Source of the DNA: Bacteroidales bacterium
GTDB lineage: Bacteria; Bacteroidota; Bacteroidia; Bacteroidales; JAEINX01
DNA: 62,901 nucleotides
NCBI GenBank assembly: GCA_016342645.1
Contig: JAEINX010000006.1
Location: 1-62,901, forward strand
Direction of reading: 5' to 3'
The notes beneath the pieces were generated by a model that made no database searches, was not told the origin of the DNA, and saw nothing but the letters and a program-made list of their open reading frames with translations. The stretch's first letter is position 1; each line of letters starts with the position of its first letter. The position numbers and the translations under genes are program-made. Below, piece after piece: positions 58,455 to 62,901 of the stretch.

Positions 58455-59405
58455 TTAATCAATAATATAAGGGTATATGGATTTCCATTTTCGAGCTTTA
58501 GGTTCTTTAGCTTGAAAATAAATATAATAACCTATTGAAAATTCGTGGGTTCCAGAAGATTTACTTAACATCCCCTTCGCAGAAAACTCATAAGAATAAT
58601 TCAATACCAGACTCTCAGCAAGAGTCGCACCAATATTTATTCCCAAAATACCTCCTTTTCTTAATAGGACTCCAAACCAGTATTTATCCTCATTCTTGAT
58701 CAAAAAAGCAAGATCAAAAACTGAAGGTGAATATTTAGTACTCCTTAATACAAAATATGGTTCAAAATACCAATAATCATCAAGATCAATAATACTTGAA
58801 ACATGAAAAATCAGTGATCGCTCTCTTACTAAAAAGCGGTTGTTGTTGCTTTTATCAGTAATTGTGTGTTTCGATACTAATGTCGGTATAACAATACCTG
58901 TATATAATTTTTTATAATTATATAAAATGCTTGTTCCTGCATTAAGAGAAGTGCCTACAAGTTTTTGTTTACCGTAAATCACCGGATCATTTGCATCTTT
59001 AACAATTACATCTGTCAAGTCAATAACTGAATGATAAATACTACCCCACAAACTAAAAGAAAAATTATGTTCTTCCCATGCTTTCAAATGATAAGTATAT
59101 GAAAAATTAGCAGAAATATTTGAAATAATGTCTGTTTGATCATTTATTATACTCCCCCCAAGCCAAACTCTTTCGTTTACAGGTACAAATAAAGAAGCAT
59201 AACTTGTTTTTGGTGCACCCTCAATTTCTGACCAATCTCTACGAAAGTTAGCAAATAATTCAGGGCTGTTTCCAATGCCGGCATAAGAAGGAGACAATGA
59301 ATAGGGATTAATAATATATTGATTACTTAATGGAAATTGTTGAGCGAGACAATAATTTGTTAATAATAAAGCAACTATAATAAATATTTTTGATAATCTT
59401 ATCAT
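58455..59405 (-). CDS. PorP/SprF-family T9SS outer-membrane protein
   Basis: QQFPLSNQY..NP...PSYAG, W...EGAPKT, YSYE...GTHEFSIGY. Confidence 0.9.
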   Translation of the reverse strand: MIRLSKIFIIVALLLTNYCLAQQFPLSNQYIINPYSLSPSYAGIGNSPELFANFRRDWSEIEGAPKTSYASLFVPVNERVWLGGSIINDQTDIISNISANFSYTYHLKAWEEHNFSFSLWGSIYHSVIDLTDVIVKDANDPVIYGKQKLVGTSLNAGTSILYNYKKLYTGIVIPTLVSKHTITDKSNNNRFLVRERSLIFHVSSIIDLDDYWYFEPYFVLRSTKYSPSVFDLAFLIKNEDKYWFGVLLRKGGILGINIGATLAESLVLNYSYEFSAKGMLSKSSGTHEFSIGYYIYFQAKEPKARKWKSIYPYIID

Positions 59406-59416
59406 AAATCAAGCCA

Positions 59417-60454
59417 CTATCTTATTACATTAATTGCTCCCGTAAATTCTTCCATTGTTCCGGTTATAACCAAATAATAGTATGTTCCTTCAGGTAAAGG
59501 ATTTCCGTTTAATTTTGCATCCCAATCATTTTTATAATAAAAGCTTGCAAACACAGGGACTCCATATCTATTAAAAATTGTTACCTGACAGGGATGATAT
59601 TGGTCAATTTCAAAAATTTCCCATTTATCATTATATCCATCTCCATTTGGTGTGATAAGGTTCATTGCTTTTAGTGGGGCTCTTTCTTTAACCAAAACAT
59701 GTATTGATCTTGATTTAAAACATCCTTTTGAATAAGCGGTAGCAGTATAAATTCCGCTTGTTTTAACATAAATACGAGAGCGTTTCATTCCATTTGACCA
59801 AATAACACTATCATAACTGCCATAAACCCTCATCATCAAACTATCACCCTTATAAAACGTTGTGTCACCTGAAAACTCAATATTAATAACAGGTACTGAC
59901 CGAATTAAAACATCTTGGAAAATTGAATCTTTACAACCGATATTTGAAGTTAGAGCAAATTTCACATCAAAAGTGCTTACATAATCAAAAACATGGATTG
60001 GGTTTTCTTCGTAAACGTCTTCAGAAACATCACCGAAATTCCATTTATATACAGATATACTACCTTCTTTTATTGTTGATTCATTAAAAAAAAGTGTTTC
60101 TTCTGATTCGCAAGGATGTTCCCAATAAAAGTCAGGTTCGGGAAGATAATGAACCTTTACTTGTTTATAAATAGCTTTGGATAAACCTGTTTCTGTAATG
60201 ATTCGTAGTCCGGCAGTATTTTCACCCGGTTTTGGAAAAACGTATTTTATTGTATCGCCAGATGCATTATCAAATTTACCATCGCCATTCAAATCCCAAT
60301 CAAATCTAATAATTTTATCTTCACTAACCGAAGTGCTAATTAAAGTAGTTGAATTTCTATAACATACAGTATCGCTTTTGAAATCAGCAATTTGTGAGAA
60401 TATCAAATCCGTTTGAAAAAAAATAATCACTAAAATTAATATTGCATTTCTCAT
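59417..60454 (-). CDS. PKD-domain protein with a T9SS type B (gliding-motility-associated) CTD
   Basis: WDLNGDG and WNFGD PKD motifs; NLITPNGDGYND, IFNRYG, EGTYYY, GAINVIR; paired with the PorP/SprF gene. Confidence 0.88.
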   Translation of the reverse strand: MRNAILILVIIFFQTDLIFSQIADFKSDTVCYRNSTTLISTSVSEDKIIRFDWDLNGDGKFDNASGDTIKYVFPKPGENTAGLRIITETGLSKAIYKQVKVHYLPEPDFYWEHPCESEETLFFNESTIKEGSISVYKWNFGDVSEDVYEENPIHVFDYVSTFDVKFALTSNIGCKDSIFQDVLIRSVPVINIEFSGDTTFYKGDSLMMRVYGSYDSVIWSNGMKRSRIYVKTSGIYTATAYSKGCFKSRSIHVLVKERAPLKAMNLITPNGDGYNDKWEIFEIDQYHPCQVTIFNRYGVPVFASFYYKNDWDAKLNGNPLPEGTYYYLVITGTMEEFTGAINVIR

Positions 60455-60767
60455 TCAGATCAATTAATTATTTCAAATGCTTTTCATTTCTTATTTTGTT
60501 ATCTCGCTTAATATTAACCTATAAGAAAATAATAACAATTGTTTAATTCATTACTAATTTTTAAATTAATTTCTCAAAGATAAATAAATCAAATAAATTC
60601 TATGATTTTTGTTGATAAATTTATGAAACGAGCCTTCGAAATTCCATCTTATCTCTGAGAATTCCTCAAACCGAAATATTATAAAACCAAATTTTATTGA
60701 CTTGGAAAAAATGTAACCTTTAGCCTTTTATAAAACTTAAGAGCAACTCTTTAAATAAACTTAAAGC

Positions 60768-61946
60768 TTAGAAATTATTATATGTAATATCAAAAACCGA
60801 CCTTAAAATATCTTGCTCAATTTCATCAAATTTAAGGTTTCTTCTTTCATAAACTAATTTAGCAACCTCAATAGCTTTATTAACATCGAATTTTGAAAAT
60901 CCTGCATGCCCCCCCCATGAAAATGATGGGATGAAATTTCGTGGAAAACCTGAACCGAAAATACTCGAATTCACTCCAACAACGGTTCCGGTATTAAACA
61001 TTGTGTTAATCGCACATTTTGAATGATCGCCCATAATCATACCACAAAATTGCAAATCTGTCGGAATAAAAGATTGTTGAGGATAATTATATAATCTGAC
61101 TTCTTTATAGTTATTCTTTAAGTTGGAATTGTTTGTTCCGGCACCCAAATTACACCATTCACCAATAACCGAATGCCCTAAAAATCCGTCGTGTGCCTTA
61201 TTTGAATATCCGAAAATAACGCAATTATTTATTTCTCCTCCAACTTTTGAAAAAGGGCCAATAGTTGTGGCTCCATATATTTTTGTACCCATTTTTAAGG
61301 TAGAATAATCGCACATTGCAAAAGGCCCGCGTATTAGGCTACCTTCCATAATCTCAGCATTTTTACCTATATAAACAGGGCCGGTTGTAGTATTTATTGT
61401 TGCTTGAAAAATTTTGGCTCCTTCTTCAATAAAAAGCTTCCCGTTCCCAATCACCGAACAATTATTTCCCGGTTCAAGCGATTTACGTCCTTTTGTAATT
61501 AATTCAAAATCATCAATTATTGCTTGTTTGTTTAAAGCAAAAATATCCCAAACATTATTAATTTTCAGAAAATCTGACTTAAACTCCAACTCTTTAAATC
61601 CTTTAGTATCTTCAACTTTTTCCAATTCTTTGGATTCAAGATGCATTGCAATTATAACTTCGTCGGCAGCAACTAATACTTCATTTGATTTTAAAGCCTT
61701 AATTTCCTTAATTAATTTTTCATTTGGGCAAATCGAAGCATTGATAAGTATGTTGTTTTCTTCTTTTACGACAGGAAATTTTTTCCGAAGATAATCTTCG
61801 GTGAGGGTAGAAGTTTTTTTGCCTAAATAATTTTCCCATTTTTCACGAATTGTCAAAATCCCTATACGTATTTCGGAAACAGGCCTTGTGTAAGTTAGTG
61901 GAAGTAAATTATTTCTTCTAAAATTATCAAATAAAATGTAATTCAT
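60768..61946 (-). CDS. GlmU-like putative sugar nucleotidyltransferase / hexapeptide protein
   Basis: LLPLTYTRPVSEIRIGILTIREKW, SNKAHDGFLGHS, SNLKNNY. Confidence 0.85.
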   Translation of the reverse strand: MNYILFDNFRRNNLLPLTYTRPVSEIRIGILTIREKWENYLGKKTSTLTEDYLRKKFPVVKEENNILINASICPNEKLIKEIKALKSNEVLVAADEVIIAMHLESKELEKVEDTKGFKELEFKSDFLKINNVWDIFALNKQAIIDDFELITKGRKSLEPGNNCSVIGNGKLFIEEGAKIFQATINTTTGPVYIGKNAEIMEGSLIRGPFAMCDYSTLKMGTKIYGATTIGPFSKVGGEINNCVIFGYSNKAHDGFLGHSVIGEWCNLGAGTNNSNLKNNYKEVRLYNYPQQSFIPTDLQFCGMIMGDHSKCAINTMFNTGTVVGVNSSIFGSGFPRNFIPSFSWGGHAGFSKFDVNKAIEVAKLVYERRNLKFDEIEQDILRSVFDITYNNF

Positions 61947-61967
61947 TAAATTATTATTAATAGTGGA

Positions 61968-62840
61968 CTATTTTTTTAATACTTCGGCGACTTTCTCAGC
62001 AATATCGGCGGGTGAGTCAACCACGTGAACACCTGATTCTCGCATAATTTGTTTTTTAGCTTGGGCAGTATCGCTTTTTCCACCAATAATGGCTCCTGCA
62101 TGCCCCATAGTACGACCTTTTGGAGCTGTAGCTCCGGCGATAAAACTAACAACAGGTTTTGTCCCGTTTTGCTTTATCCATCTTGCAGCATCGCCTTCCA
62201 TTCTACCACCTATTTCGCCAATTATTACGATTGCTTCTGTTTTATCATCTTCCATAAACAACTTGACGGCATCAAGAGTGGTAGTTCCTATTAATGGATC
62301 TCCCCCAATACCTATGGCTGTACTTTGCCCGAGCCCAATCTTTGTTAGCTGATCAACTGCTTCATAAGTAAGAGTTCCTGAACGCGAAACAATCCCAACA
62401 GAGCCGGGAATGTGAATATATCCTGGCATAATCCCTACTTTAGCTTCACCGGGAGTTATTATTCCCGGGCAGTTTGGACCTATAAGTCGAGATTTTTTCT
62501 CTTTAAGCAATTCCTTAATCGGTATCATATCTTTGACCGGAATACCTTCTGTGATACAAATAATTAATTCAACCTCAGCAAATATTGATTCGATTATTGC
62601 ATCAGCAGCCGAATGACGAGGTACAAAAATAACGGAAACGTTTGCATTAGTCTTTTCAATTGCCTCATGGACAGTATTAAAAACCGGTCTGTCAAGATGA
62701 AATGTTCCACCTTTGCCTGGTGTAACGCCACCAAGAATATTCGTCCCGTAATCAATCATTTGTGTTGAATGAAAAGTGCCTTCGTATCCGGTGAAACCCT
62801 GAATTATTACTTTTGAATCTTTATTAACAAGAATACTCAT
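61968..62840 (-). CDS. sucD: Succinyl-CoA synthetase alpha subunit
   Basis: [40 protein letters not shown]. Confidence 0.97.
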   Translation of the reverse strand: MSILVNKDSKVIIQGFTGYEGTFHSTQMIDYGTNILGGVTPGKGGTFHLDRPVFNTVHEAIEKTNANVSVIFVPRHSAADAIIESIFAEVELIICITEGIPVKDMIPIKELLKEKKSRLIGPNCPGIITPGEAKVGIMPGYIHIPGSVGIVSRSGTLTYEAVDQLTKIGLGQSTAIGIGGDPLIGTTTLDAVKLFMEDDKTEAIVIIGEIGGRMEGDAARWIKQNGTKPVVSFIAGATAPKGRTMGHAGAIIGGKSDTAQAKKQIMRESGVHVVDSPADIAEKVAEVLKK

Positions 62841-62901
62841 AAAAATCTTTTTAATTTTTTTTGATATAAAAATTCAAAGATATAATCTTTTAAAATAATG
62901 G

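Noticed and set aside
2142-62352. Numerous 60-140 aa ORFs antisense to or nested in long genes (e.g. 21576-22001, 54584-54955, 61414-61794)
   Set aside because: Shadow ORFs of well-supported genes with no recognisable motifs
1-62901. tRNA, rRNA, known riboswitches, integrase or transposase genes
   Set aside because: None recognised by eye; a covariance-model or HMM search would be needed to exclude divergent examples

Overview
AT-rich 62.9 kb chromosomal segment from a Bacteroidota bacterium, probably an anaerobic Bacteroidales-like organism. This is supported by T9SS components and cargo (PorX, PorP/SprF, type A and type B C-terminal domains), a fused lpxC-fabZ gene and TAnnTTTG promoter boxes. 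Housekeeping blocks include serC-serA-DUF1015, lpxD-lpxC/fabZ-lpxA-efp-lpxD2, HD-porX-tsaE-ald, upp, sucD and tsaA. Accessory modules between them include a GH130-like glycosidase fused to a receiver domain, a split LKR/SDH saccharopine pathway, an SxtJ/DUF5989/carbamoyltransferase triad, a TonB receptor module inside the lpx operon, malonyl-CoA decarboxylase, an atypical DapA-like aldolase with a GHMP kinase, a YefM-YoeB pair, and a qmoB-qmoC pair with no qmoA or apr genes in the window. Two genes missing from the ORF track were found (DUF2062-like and DUF5989-like). The non-coding DNA is highly structured: a 212-bp MITE-like element with terminal inverted repeats and a 5-bp target duplication, a candidate structured RNA, several operator palindromes, and dispersed 7-11 bp tandem arrays. 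These arrays often begin at stop codons and sometimes have an inverted arm; one four-helix-bundle gene is also present. No rRNA, tRNA, CRISPR array or transposase was recognised. All family assignments come from motif recognition, not database searches.
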